A stretch of 64,000 bases of DNA from an uncultured bacterium (GTDB lineage Bacteria > Bacteroidota > Ignavibacteria > Kapaibacteriales > UBA4661). How positions within the stretch are numbered: the first letter of the stretch is position 1; every line of letters starts with the position of its first letter. The position numbers and the translations under genes are program-made. The DNA is taken from contig CALCNX010000049.1 in NCBI GenBank assembly GCA_937899715.1, forward strand, positions 66,602-130,601. The letters are read 5' to 3'. The notes under the pieces are model-generated. The model was not told the origin of the DNA. It saw only the letters and a list, made by a program, of their open reading frames with translations, and ran no database searches. Positions 9,343 through 19,198 of this stretch are shown here, piece after piece.

Positions 9343-10188
9343 ATGGCTTGGTTTTTTCGACCCAAAACATCGCTTGCCGAACGTTCGCAAGTAACGACCA
9401 ATATGCCCGACGGCTTATGGACGAAATGCGACCAATGCGCTGAAATTATTTACAAAAAACAGCTTGAAGAAGCGCTTTACACCTGCCCTAAATGCAGTAA
9501 CCACTTTCGCATTTCTACGCACGAATACATTGACGTTATCTTTGATGAAGGCAGCTTTGTGGAAACGCATAGGAATGTGCGCTCGGCTGACCCGTTGGAA
9601 TTTGTTGACACAAAGCCCTACACCAAGCGTCTGCAAGAAGCATACGCAAAGACAGATGTTGCCGATGCCCTCACCACAGGCTATGGCACGATTGAGCAGC
9701 GTAAAATCTCATTTGCCAGCATGAATTTTAATTTCGTCGGCGGTAGTATGGGGTCGGTCGTTGGGGAAAAATTTGCCCGCGCAGCAAACCTTTCGTTGGT
9801 AGAACGAATCCCAATGGTATCCATATCCGCTTCCGGTGGCGCACGGATGCAAGAAGCAGCACTTTCGCTGATGCAGATGGCAAAAACGAGCGCAAAATTG
9901 GCGCAGCTCTCGGAGGCAGGTATTCCGTATATTTCTATCATTACCGACCCCACCACGGGCGGCGTGAGCGCTTCATTTGCAATGCTTGGCGATTTGAATA
10001 TTGCCGAACCCGGCGCTCTCATTGGCTTTGCCGGACCACGCGTGATAGAGCAGACCATTCGTAAAAAACTGCCCGAAGGCTTCCAAAGTTCAGAATTTGT
10101 GCTTGAGCACGGCTTTTTGGACATGATTGTTCATCGCAAAGAACTCCGCAAAACGTTATCACAAGTGCTTGGTCTCTTGTGTGACTAA
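9343..10188 (+). CDS. accD: Acetyl-CoA carboxylase carboxyltransferase subunit beta
   Basis: N-terminal C4 zinc ribbon CDQCAEIIYKKQLEEALYTCPKCSNHFRIS, then the carboxyltransferase fold (SASGGARMQEA). Confidence 0.9.
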   Translation: MAWFFRPKTSLAERSQVTTNMPDGLWTKCDQCAEIIYKKQLEEALYTCPKCSNHFRISTHEYIDVIFDEGSFVETHRNVRSADPLEFVDTKPYTKRLQEAYAKTDVADALTTGYGTIEQRKISFASMNFNFVGGSMGSVVGEKFARAANLSLVERIPMVSISASGGARMQEAALSLMQMAKTSAKLAQLSEAGIPYISIITDPTTGGVSASFAMLGDLNIAEPGALIGFAGPRVIEQTIRKKLPEGFQSSEFVLEHGFLDMIVHRKELRKTLSQVLGLLCD

Positions 10189-10219
10189 TGTGATGTTGTA
10201 TTTTCATTTTGAACGCACT

Positions 10220-10819
10220 ATGACCCTCTACCGTTGTCGCTTGAATCTTTATTTGATACTGCTTGTTGCTGCAATACTGCTTTCTGGCAATCTTTCCGCC
10301 GCAAGTCAGGCATCGGACTCGGTTTCTGCGCAGACAAAGACCAAAAAATCGCAAAAGATTGGTAATACCTCACGCAAATCTGCAAAAGATTCCGTTCAAT
10401 ACGAAGCCTATCGTGGGATGTGGTATGGTCTGTATTTCCCGCTTGGCTGGCTTGTTCGCCCGTCGCTCAGGGGAAATCGGGGTGAGGACGATAGTGTATT
10501 TTTTACCGCGCCGGACAGCACGGCTGAATTTTATGTCTATTGCCCGCGTTATAGCGGCAACCCTACGGATATTGAATTGAACCGTGCGACAGAAGAGCAG
10601 GTTAGTCAGACGATTGAAGAAAAAGATGGCGTTCGTATTCGCACCGTTCGCATCAAAGCCAAAGATGGCTCTTATATACGAATCTTTGAAGACACCGTCG
10701 CTTTTATAGTGGGACGACGCTTGGTGTATGGTTTTAAGTTTCGAGATGCCTCTGCTCTTAAAAAATATGACCCGGTGTATGTCTATTTCAAATCATCGTT
10801 CCGTAAATTTGTGGATTGA
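10220..10819 (+). CDS. Hypothetical secreted protein
   Basis: From ATG 10220: MTLYRCRLNLYLILLVAAILLSGNLSAASQ signal peptide. No family recognised. The ORF-track start at 10127 overlaps accD and is unlikely. Confidence 0.5.
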   Translation: MTLYRCRLNLYLILLVAAILLSGNLSAASQASDSVSAQTKTKKSQKIGNTSRKSAKDSVQYEAYRGMWYGLYFPLGWLVRPSLRGNRGEDDSVFFTAPDSTAEFYVYCPRYSGNPTDIELNRATEEQVSQTIEEKDGVRIRTVRIKAKDGSYIRIFEDTVAFIVGRRLVYGFKFRDASALKKYDPVYVYFKSSFRKFVD

Positions 10820-10903
10820 TAGAGCTTTCTACGATTTGAATACCGCTTATTATCGCATTATTACGGCATAATCACTACTATATTCCTTTCTAACATTACC
10901 GCT

Positions 10904-12247
10904 ATGAGCTTTGTTCGATGTATTCTTGTCGTGCTTGCTGTGGGGATTATGTTGTTTAGCACCGCTTTTGCTCAAAGCCCGGACTCCCTCCTGCAATCCG
11001 GTCCAATGCTCGGTTACGCGCAAATGCGTGAAGTTGCTCTTTGGGTGCAGACGAAGCAATCTGCTCGCGTAAAATTTGTCTATTACGAAACCACCAATGC
11101 TTCCGTCCGCCATGAAACGGACGAAGTAGTAACAATGAAAAATGATGCCTACACCGCTCATCTCATCGCCACCGAACTAGAACCGGGACGCAAATATACT
11201 TACGAACTCTTCATCAATGGTAAAAAGGTGAATCGTCCCTATCCTCTGGAATTTCAAACACTCAAGCTCTGGCAGTGGCGCGGTGATCCGCCTACCTTCA
11301 AGATTGCTTTGGGAAGCTGCACCTACGTCAATCAGCCTCCATATGAACGTCCTGACCGCCTCTATGGTAGCGACTATGAGATTTTCAAGGCTTTGCACAG
11401 CAAACGCCCCGACGCAATGCTCTGGCTCGGTGATAATGTCTATACCCGCGAAGTAGATTGGAGCTCGCGCTCCGGTGTTCTGAAGCGTTATACACACACG
11501 CGCTCTTTGCCCGATATGCAGCCGTTTCTTGCTTCTACACACAACTACGCGATTTTGGATGACCATGATTATGGTCCCAATGATGCCGACCGCTCATTCT
11601 GGGGCAAAGACTATACAATGGATGCTTTTAAGCTCTTTTGGGCGAATCCAAGTTATGGGGTGATGGGCAAAACAAGTTGCGTGACACAGTTCGAGTGGGG
11701 CGACGCAGAATTTTTCTTTTTGGACAACCGCACATTTCGCTCGCCCAACAACCGTAAAACAGGCACTCGTGAGATGCTCAGTGATTGGCAAGTGCAATGG
11801 CTTATTGATGCACTCGTGACGAGCCGCGCAACGTTCAAGATTGTGGCTGTCGGCGGTCAAGTATTGAACCCGCTTCCAGTCTATGAAAATTATTCAACGT
11901 ATCCCGACGAGCGCCAGAAAGTTTTGGATTTGATTGAGAAGGAGGGCATCAAGGGCGTGATTTTTGTAACGGGAGACCGTCATCATACGGAACTGAATAA
12001 ATTGGAGCGAAAAGGTACATACCCGCTTTACGATTTTACAATTTCCTCCCTTACGGCGGGTACAAACCCCGGCGCTGCGAACGAAGCAAATCCCTTGCGC
12101 GTCCCGGGCACATTCACGGCTGAACATAATTTTGCCGTATTCGAGTTTAGCGGTGCACTCAAAGACCGAACGCTCAAATGCAGTGTCTATAATCCAACGG
12201 GGAAGGAAATTTGGACATATAGCATCAACAGCAAAGACCTTCGATAA
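10904..12247 (+). CDS. PhoD-like alkaline phosphatase / metallophosphoesterase
   Basis: Signal peptide. Calcineurin-like metallophosphatase motifs (ILDDHDYGPND, GDNVY, GDRHH) in the PhoD arrangement. Confidence 0.7.
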   Translation: MSFVRCILVVLAVGIMLFSTAFAQSPDSLLQSGPMLGYAQMREVALWVQTKQSARVKFVYYETTNASVRHETDEVVTMKNDAYTAHLIATELEPGRKYTYELFINGKKVNRPYPLEFQTLKLWQWRGDPPTFKIALGSCTYVNQPPYERPDRLYGSDYEIFKALHSKRPDAMLWLGDNVYTREVDWSSRSGVLKRYTHTRSLPDMQPFLASTHNYAILDDHDYGPNDADRSFWGKDYTMDAFKLFWANPSYGVMGKTSCVTQFEWGDAEFFFLDNRTFRSPNNRKTGTREMLSDWQVQWLIDALVTSRATFKIVAVGGQVLNPLPVYENYSTYPDERQKVLDLIEKEGIKGVIFVTGDRHHTELNKLERKGTYPLYDFTISSLTAGTNPGAANEANPLRVPGTFTAEHNFAVFEFSGALKDRTLKCSVYNPTGKEIWTYSINSKDLR

Positions 12248-12274
12248 GGTTGTATCGGAGGCACGCGAATTTCG

Positions 12275-14377
12275 TTAAAGAATGGCATCACCTTTGGGGA
12301 GCAGCACCACAAATGTTGCTCCCTTGCCATATTCGCTTTCGACCCATACTTTGCCGCTCATCCCCTCGACCATCTTTTTCACAATAGATAGCCCTAACCC
12401 CGTTGAGTGCTCGCCGCCAGTAGGCTTTGCAGAGAGACGTGTAAATTTGCCGAAGAGTTTTTCTTTGTCCTCCTCTGTCAGCCCCGGACCTTCATCCTGA
12501 ATTTCGATACGCACGTACTCTTGTGAAGGTGCAAGCAGAGTGCCGCGCGGTGTGGAATCGTTCAGCAGAGCCTCGTAATCATCCAAGACACGTACCCATA
12601 CATTATTGCCGTAGGGTGAGTATTTGACGGCATTGGAAAGAAGATTGTCCAATATTTGTAGCGTGGCGTTTTTATCGGCGTAAGCGACCAAGGTGTAGCG
12701 CTCTAAGCCTTCTGTGTTCTGGTTTTGCTCAAAATGGAGCGTAATTTCTTTTGCCTGTGCGCGTCCTCTGTAATTATTGACCACATTTTCCGCAAGCGAA
12801 GCAATTTCAAACACGGAGAAGTTAAAGCGTAACGTTCCTTGCTCTATGGCACTTACGTCCAAGAGAGTTGTAATCAGTTCAAACATTCGCTCGGAAACAG
12901 TGTAAATATCACCTGAAAATTCGACAATCTCGCCTTTCGTCAGCGTTTCCACGTCGTCACGAAGCAGTTTTGAGAGCATACGGATATTCGAGACGGGGTT
13001 CTTGAGATCGTGAGCAACGATGCCAAGAATCTCATTTTTCTCCCGATTTAACTCGGCAAGCTCATAATTACGCTGGTGAACTGATTCAATCGATGTTTGT
13101 AATTCTGTATTGGTCAACTCAATTTCTGTTGCTTGTTTCTCCAAAATAGATTGCTGGCGCAAAATCTCGTCATTCGTGCGTTTGAGCTCGTCTTCTGAGC
13201 GCTTTTTCAGACGATAGCGATTCGCAATAAGAAGCGCCAGCACGACCAACAACCCAACACCCGCTAACAGGGAATTCCGCAGGAGCGACAGCCGTTTAAT
13301 TTGAGCCTCTTGTTTGGAGGATTCCAACTGCATTTGGAGATTCATCGTGTTATTCTGCATTTCGGCAGATAACAAGGAATCACGCAAGGCAGAATATTGC
13401 TTGTAGTAGTAGAGTGCGCTGTCATAGCGCTTCGCACTATCGTAAATTTCTGACAGCACGATATAGGAAGTTTTAAGCTCTTCGCGGAAGCCAAATTCTT
13501 GGGCAATAGATTCTGCGCGTAGTGCATACTGCAAGGCAGAATCGGCACGCCCTAGCCGACCATAACTCAATCCCAGCGTGTGCAATGCGCCCACCATGGA
13601 TCGGCGGTCTTGCGATTGCTGCGTAGCATCAAGGGCGAGCAGTGCGTACACTCTAGCATCTGCGTATGCTCGTTGCTGAACGTAGTATTCGCTAATATTC
13701 AACCATGCCCACGCAATGTTCGGGCTGCCCACTTCTTTGAATAATTTTTCAGTGTAAAGAAGCGTATCTAGTACATTATCAAATTTTTTCTGACGGATAT
13801 AGCAGACAGCAATATTATTCAGTACTGTCGCAATGCGTTCTTTGTTTTGCATGGAGCGATGAATTTCAAGCGCACGGCGGTAGCTTGTGAGTGCCTTTTC
13901 ATATTTCTCCTGAGCGCGATAGATGTCACCAATAAGATTCGATGCGCTCGCAATACCCGGCAGATGTTCCGCTTGCTCGAAGGCTGATAAAGCCTGAAAT
14001 TGATAATCAAGTGCCATGTCGTACTTACCTTGATTCTCATAGACCTGACCAATACTGCGCAATGCGAAGCCCACACCAAGTTTATCATCCAACTTTTCCG
14101 CCAGCGTTTGTGCTTGTCGGGCGTACATGAACGAGGAATCAAGCGCTATGTAGCGATATTCACGCGAAAGGTTGTTCAGAATCTGCACACGCTCTTTGTC
14201 GGTGGCGGTGTTCAGCACAGATTTCAAGCTATCTATACGCGGCATACTGAGAGTAGATACGGCACTGCTAACAATCAGTATCCAAGAGCAAGCAACCACC
14301 CGTACCGAAGAAAGAATCATCGGCGGGTGCATTTCAGTAAAGGCTTGAGAAAAGAAATTGTGATTGCTCATAGACAC
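12275..14377 (-). CDS. TPR-repeat sensor histidine kinase
   Basis: Signal/TM. About 7 TPR-like repeats (ALxxxGxxY pattern). A second TM and coiled coil. HisKA H-box (VAHDLKNPVSNI). HATPase_c (GLGLSIVKKMVEGMSGKVWVESEYGKGATF). Confidence 0.85.
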   Translation of the reverse strand: MSMSNHNFFSQAFTEMHPPMILSSVRVVACSWILIVSSAVSTLSMPRIDSLKSVLNTATDKERVQILNNLSREYRYIALDSSFMYARQAQTLAEKLDDKLGVGFALRSIGQVYENQGKYDMALDYQFQALSAFEQAEHLPGIASASNLIGDIYRAQEKYEKALTSYRRALEIHRSMQNKERIATVLNNIAVCYIRQKKFDNVLDTLLYTEKLFKEVGSPNIAWAWLNISEYYVQQRAYADARVYALLALDATQQSQDRRSMVGALHTLGLSYGRLGRADSALQYALRAESIAQEFGFREELKTSYIVLSEIYDSAKRYDSALYYYKQYSALRDSLLSAEMQNNTMNLQMQLESSKQEAQIKRLSLLRNSLLAGVGLLVVLALLIANRYRLKKRSEDELKRTNDEILRQQSILEKQATEIELTNTELQTSIESVHQRNYELAELNREKNEILGIVAHDLKNPVSNIRMLSKLLRDDVETLTKGEIVEFSGDIYTVSERMFELITTLLDVSAIEQGTLRFNFSVFEIASLAENVVNNYRGRAQAKEITLHFEQNQNTEGLERYTLVAYADKNATLQILDNLLSNAVKYSPYGNNVWVRVLDDYEALLNDSTPRGTLLAPSQEYVRIEIQDEGPGLTEEDKEKLFGKFTRLSAKPTGGEHSTGLGLSIVKKMVEGMSGKVWVESEYGKGATFVVLLPKGDAIL

Positions 14378-14486
14378 AAGTAATAATCGCGTAGTACAGA
14401 CTGGCGGAAAACTGGGCAGTATCTTGACGTTTTGTGCTGAATCGGCGTGTGCGATAGAGTGCTTTTTGTACGATTATTTACAAATA

Positions 14487-16766
14487 CTATCGTACTTCAG
14501 CACCCGCTTCAATGCCCGATTTTTCGGGTGTCACAAGTGAAAGCGAGCCATCGGGCATATTGGCAGCGAGTAACATCCCTTGCGACTCTAAGCCCATTAG
14601 TTTCGCGGGCTTCAGATTAGCGACGATAGTAACAATTTTACCAACCATTTCCTCCGGTGTGTAGTATTTACCGATGCCCGCAAGGATTTGGCGCTTTTCC
14701 GTGCCGAGGTCAACTTGTAATTTCAGCAACTTATCCGACTTCGGAACACGCTCGGCTTCGAGGATTTTACCCGTGCGAAGCTGCACGTTTTTGAAATCAT
14801 CTATCGAAATCAGGTTACTTGTGGTTGCTGCTGGAGCAGGTGGTACGGAAGCGGCTGCTACTAGGACAGTCTTTGCAGATTGCAGTGGCTCGGTCGTAGA
14901 ATTAGAAGTAGTCATTGGAAGAGATGGTTGTGATGACGCATTTGCGGGTGCTGCACCGAGCTTTGCCACTTGCCGTGCAACGACATCATCCTCAATTTTG
15001 CTAAACAAAATTTTGGGTTCTTGCAGCATAACGTTTTCGCCGACGAGCGGCAACACAAGCGACTGCCAGCTTTTTTCGCTCTTCTCCGCGTCCACAAGCG
15101 CCAGAAGCAATGCCGAAGAATGAGGCAAAATAGGCTCAAATGTTATACCGAGCGAGCGGATGAGCTGCGCACAGACGTAAAGCGTCTTTGCAGCTTCTGC
15201 GGGATTGTCTTTTATCGTTTTCCACGGCGCAGCATCGTTGAAATACTTATTGGCGGCGCGGGCAATGTTCATGGTCTCGCTCACCGCGTCACGGAAACGG
15301 AATGCGCGGTACCCGGTCTCAATCTTCCGTGCGCCAAGCGCAAGTGCCGCAATCATGCGCACATCGTCTGCCGAGAAGTAGTGCAGGTATTTGGCATGAA
15401 GCGCTTCGACAGCAGCATCGGCAGTTTCGGCATTGTAAGCGGCGATGTCGCCCGTGAGCAATTTCCACGCTTCGGGCAGTTTCGCAAGGTTTGCGGGGAG
15501 CGCCGGAACACGTCCTGCAAAATTTTTCTGCATAAACTGTGCCACGCGGTTGACGAAATTACCGAGAATAGCGGCAAGTTCATTATTAACACGGGCTTGG
15601 AAGTCGCGCCATGTGAAGTCCGCATCTTTATTTTCGGGCATATTCATTGCCAGCGTGTAGCGAAGTGCGTCCACGTGCTGCGGCTCAGGAAATTCTGCCA
15701 AATACTCCCGTAAGTCAATCGCCCAATTCCGCGATTTGGAGAACTTTTCGCCTTCCAAATTCAAAAACTCGTTTGCAGGAACATTCGTTGGAAGCACGTA
15801 ATTACCGCGTGCCTGAAGCATTGCTGGAAACATAATAGTATGAAACACAATGTTATCCTTGCCCAAGAAAGCGATGTAGCGCATTTCGGCTTCAGTTTGC
15901 GTTTTGCCGTCGGGCAAAATCCACCAGTCTTTCCATTCGTCGGGTTGCCCCTTCAAAGCCGCCCATTCTTTCGTCGCCGAGATATAGCCCAAGACTGCAT
16001 CGAACCAGACGTAAATAACCTTGCCTTTTGCTTCGGCAAGCGGCACGGGAACGCCCCATGTCAGGTCGCGCGTGATGGCACGGTCGCTCAGTCCTTGCTT
16101 CAGCCACGAACGCGTTTGCTGCACGACGTTATCTTTCCACACAGCGCTATTGCTTGCGATGTACTCTTCCAGCATCGTTTGGAAATCGCCCAACTTGAAA
16201 TACCAATGCGTCGTGTTTTTTACTATCGGTGTTTTGCCGGAGACAAGACTGCGTGGGCTTTTGAGGTCGAGTTGGTTGTAGTATGCTCCGCATCGGTCGC
16301 ACTGGTCGCCACGCGCTTTGTCGTAGCCGCAGTTTGGGCAGATTCCCTCCACGTAGCGGTCGGGTAGGAACATATTTGCATCGGCATCGTAAAACTGTGC
16401 TTCTTCTTTTTCCGCCATGAAGCCTTTTTCGAGCAAATCAAGAAAGAACTCTTGCGTGGTCTCAACGTGGCGTGGAATGGACGTGCGCGAGTATATGTCG
16501 AAGCTCATGCCAAACGCTTGCAAAGCCTCACTGTTTGCCGTGTGGTAGCGGTCAATAATATCTTTCGGAGCAACGCCTTCTTTTTCGGCAGCGATAGAAA
16601 TGGCAACGCCGTATTCATCCGAACCGCCGATATAGAGGACGTTCTCGTGGGCAAGACGCAAAAACCGCACGTATAAGTCGGCGGGCAAAAACGATCCGGC
16701 AACGTGTCCTAAATGCAGATAACCGTTTGCGTAGGGAAGAGCGGAAGTAACAAGTGTTCGTTTCAT
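14487..16766 (-). CDS. metG: Methionine--tRNA ligase with C-terminal EMAP-like tRNA-binding domain
   Basis: HIGH motif (PYANGYLHLGHVAG), zinc knuckle CPNCG...CDRCG, KMSKS (KFSKSRN). C-terminal tRNA-binding domain (DLRTGKILEAERVPKSDKLLKLQVDLG). Confidence 0.95.
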   Translation of the reverse strand: MKRTLVTSALPYANGYLHLGHVAGSFLPADLYVRFLRLAHENVLYIGGSDEYGVAISIAAEKEGVAPKDIIDRYHTANSEALQAFGMSFDIYSRTSIPRHVETTQEFFLDLLEKGFMAEKEEAQFYDADANMFLPDRYVEGICPNCGYDKARGDQCDRCGAYYNQLDLKSPRSLVSGKTPIVKNTTHWYFKLGDFQTMLEEYIASNSAVWKDNVVQQTRSWLKQGLSDRAITRDLTWGVPVPLAEAKGKVIYVWFDAVLGYISATKEWAALKGQPDEWKDWWILPDGKTQTEAEMRYIAFLGKDNIVFHTIMFPAMLQARGNYVLPTNVPANEFLNLEGEKFSKSRNWAIDLREYLAEFPEPQHVDALRYTLAMNMPENKDADFTWRDFQARVNNELAAILGNFVNRVAQFMQKNFAGRVPALPANLAKLPEAWKLLTGDIAAYNAETADAAVEALHAKYLHYFSADDVRMIAALALGARKIETGYRAFRFRDAVSETMNIARAANKYFNDAAPWKTIKDNPAEAAKTLYVCAQLIRSLGITFEPILPHSSALLLALVDAEKSEKSWQSLVLPLVGENVMLQEPKILFSKIEDDVVARQVAKLGAAPANASSQPSLPMTTSNSTTEPLQSAKTVLVAAASVPPAPAATTSNLISIDDFKNVQLRTGKILEAERVPKSDKLLKLQVDLGTEKRQILAGIGKYYTPEEMVGKIVTIVANLKPAKLMGLESQGMLLAANMPDGSLSLVTPEKSGIEAGAEVR

Positions 16767-17035
16767 TCGTTGGGAGTAATCAGACTAAAAGTAATCTATC
16801 CGACGATAGCAGAAGCGATAATCGGTTTCAAACACGTCAAAATACATATTTTCGTAAACTTTCCGCGATTTTTTCCAAAAAAAGTCCTGCACGGAGCCTA
16901 CAAAAATGATAGAACTTTGGAAAGAAACGGTTTTGACTAAAAAAAACGTACATTTGTAGAGTATCGGAGCGGGTCGTTATTGCGACGCGCTGGCTATTTG
17001 CCATAGAACGCCCCAGCAATCAACAACAAAACCGC

Positions 17036-17500
17036 ATGAATATTCTTTTCAGAACAAACGTCGAGCAGCCATATCAAGACGTTGCTGCCGGATTCACTCG
17101 TGAACTTTTTGAAAAACTTTCTCCAAAAAATCCAGCCATTACCCTGAAGCGCTTTGACGGCTGCAAGCAGGGCGACGAAGTGCATATCGAAATGACAATC
17201 CCTATCCTTAATCGCACCGAAGAATGGATAAGCCGCATCGTGAAGGCAGGTGAAATCACGGGGCACGATACTTTTACCGATGAATGGTATTTCATAGATG
17301 AGGGCACTAAGCTGCCATTTTTCTTGACGTACTGGCGGCACACGCATCGGGTCTTGCGGGCAGAAGGCGGCGCGGGAGCGGTGATTATTGACGACATCGA
17401 ATACCGCACTCCATGGTACTTGCTGCCCATTATGTACCTTGTTCTATCGGGACAGTTCGCTGCGCGACAACCGATTTATAGAGAGGTCTTCAAAAAATGA
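17036..17500 (+). CDS. Hypothetical protein, possibly SRPBCC/START-like ligand-binding fold
   Basis: 154 aa. Overlaps the next gene by 4 nt (ATGA), suggesting translational coupling. The fold assignment is a guess from size and pattern only. Confidence 0.45.
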   Translation: MNILFRTNVEQPYQDVAAGFTRELFEKLSPKNPAITLKRFDGCKQGDEVHIEMTIPILNRTEEWISRIVKAGEITGHDTFTDEWYFIDEGTKLPFFLTYWRHTHRVLRAEGGAGAVIIDDIEYRTPWYLLPIMYLVLSGQFAARQPIYREVFKK

Positions 17501-18405
17501 AGCATTCGTCTATGAAACGCTTGTCTATGAAACGTCTTGACGTGAGCACTTTGCTTTTCCTTGCTCCGTGGGCGCTTACGCTGGTTGTCTTTTGGCTGTA
17601 TCCGCTTGGCTATGCGTTGTACTTGAGTTTCACGAAATACTACACGCTGCGCAATGAAGCGGTCTTCGTGGGATTGAGCAACTATGCGCATATCTTGCAT
17701 GATAGCTTTTTCTGGCAGGCATTTCAGAATACCGCGTTTTTCAGCTTCGGAACGATTCCCTTCACGACTGCTTTGGCATTGTTTCTAGCGGTGGTGCTTC
17801 ATTCCACGCCGCGTTTGCAGGGGTTTTTCCGGGCGACGATGTTTTTGCCGTCAGTTACGTCGTTGATTGTACTGGCACTCATTTTTAGCAACATTTATGC
17901 CTCGGATGGCTATCTGACTGCCATTTGCCGCTTTCTGCACGTGCCCTTTCCCGTGCGTGGTTGGCTGCAAGACCAAGCAACAGCGCTGCCTAGTATTATG
18001 GCAATGGATGTGCTGATTGCAAGCGGGTACTACATGGTGCTGTTCCTTGCCGCGCTGCAATCCATCCCGCACGACCTCTACGAAGTCGCAGCGCTCTCCG
18101 GCGCGACGGCGTGGCAGCAGTTTTGGCGTATCACCCTGCCGATGCTGCGCCCGACGGTGCTGTTTGTGCTTGTGGTCAACACCATTCGTGCATTTCAAAT
18201 TTTTGTGGAAATTTATGTGATGACGCGTGGCGGTCCTCTCGGCTCGACGACGACGCTCATATACTCCATTTATGCGAATGCCTTCGACAAATCCGATATG
18301 ATGGGCTATGCGTGTGCTTTGGCGTATATTGTGTTTGTGATTGTTTTGCTTTTTTCGCTGGCGCAAATGTGGCTCTTGCGGGCGAATAAAGCTGTTGGCG
18401 AGTGA
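17497..18405 (+). CDS. Carbohydrate-type ABC transporter permease (MalF/UgpA-like, binding-protein-dependent inner-membrane component)
   Basis: Six TM helices and the EAA-loop region YEVAALSGATAWQQFWRITLPMLRP. No cognate ATPase or binding protein is adjacent. Confidence 0.8.
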   Translation: MKHSSMKRLSMKRLDVSTLLFLAPWALTLVVFWLYPLGYALYLSFTKYYTLRNEAVFVGLSNYAHILHDSFFWQAFQNTAFFSFGTIPFTTALALFLAVVLHSTPRLQGFFRATMFLPSVTSLIVLALIFSNIYASDGYLTAICRFLHVPFPVRGWLQDQATALPSIMAMDVLIASGYYMVLFLAALQSIPHDLYEVAALSGATAWQQFWRITLPMLRPTVLFVLVVNTIRAFQIFVEIYVMTRGGPLGSTTTLIYSIYANAFDKSDMMGYACALAYIVFVIVLLFSLAQMWLLRANKAVGE

Positions 18406-18517
18406 AATTTTATTGGAGATGAACGATACCCTCCCCACAGGAATTTCTCACCTCGTACGTCCATTGGAAGGCTTATACACTTCTTTTGCTCTTCATCACT
18501 TTTTATGATTTAGCTAT

Positions 18518-19108
18518 ATGGGTAACTTCGACCCGCGCGTTCTTTCGCACGCTTGCTTTCTGGCATTTATCTATGCACTCTTGGCGCTTGGCGCCTCGGC
18601 ATATCGGCAAATTTTGGACGATTTCGCTGCGAAAAATGTCAAAATGGGTGAAGACCTTGACATTTCCTACGACCCATTTATGATGGTCATTTTGGGCGGG
18701 ATTTTAGCGCTCACTGCGCTCTTTACGTGGATAGCACTGGCGTGGAACGAACCGAGAATTGAACTTTATGTTGTGCCGCTTTGCCTTCTCATCAATTTTA
18801 TGCAATTTTACTATCGGATGCACCAGCAGCGCCTCCAAATCAAGACACTTGGCTTGGTGGGGCGAACAATTTTTGAAGAAGGCTGGAGTGTTGTCAGTTA
18901 TGAAAATATCCACTTAGTGGAAGTGGAGCAGGACCCGATATGGGATACCGTCGTGATGTACTACACTGAGAAAGCCGACGCAACAGGCAAAGATGCAAAA
19001 GAATTTCGCCGCCGCATGACGCACTCAATGCGAAAAGTACTCTTGGAAGCACTAGCAACGCGCACAAGCGCAAAGATTTTTACGAAAGAATCGGGCAAAC
19101 AGTCGTAA
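18518..19108 (+). CDS. Hypothetical membrane protein (3 TM plus a cytoplasmic domain)
   Basis: Hydrophobicity. No motif recognised. Confidence 0.45.
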   Translation: MGNFDPRVLSHACFLAFIYALLALGASAYRQILDDFAAKNVKMGEDLDISYDPFMMVILGGILALTALFTWIALAWNEPRIELYVVPLCLLINFMQFYYRMHQQRLQIKTLGLVGRTIFEEGWSVVSYENIHLVEVEQDPIWDTVVMYYTEKADATGKDAKEFRRRMTHSMRKVLLEALATRTSAKIFTKESGKQS

Positions 19109-19198
19109 TTTGGACGGGCAAGAATGAGAATAATTTCTCCGTGAATTAAAAAAATTAAAAACCCTTTGTGTGTTTCAATCATTTCTACTCGTATTTCC

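Noticed and set aside
14970-15713. 247-aa plus-strand ORF
   Set aside because: It is antisense within metG, whose identity is certain. A typical GC-rich shadow frame.
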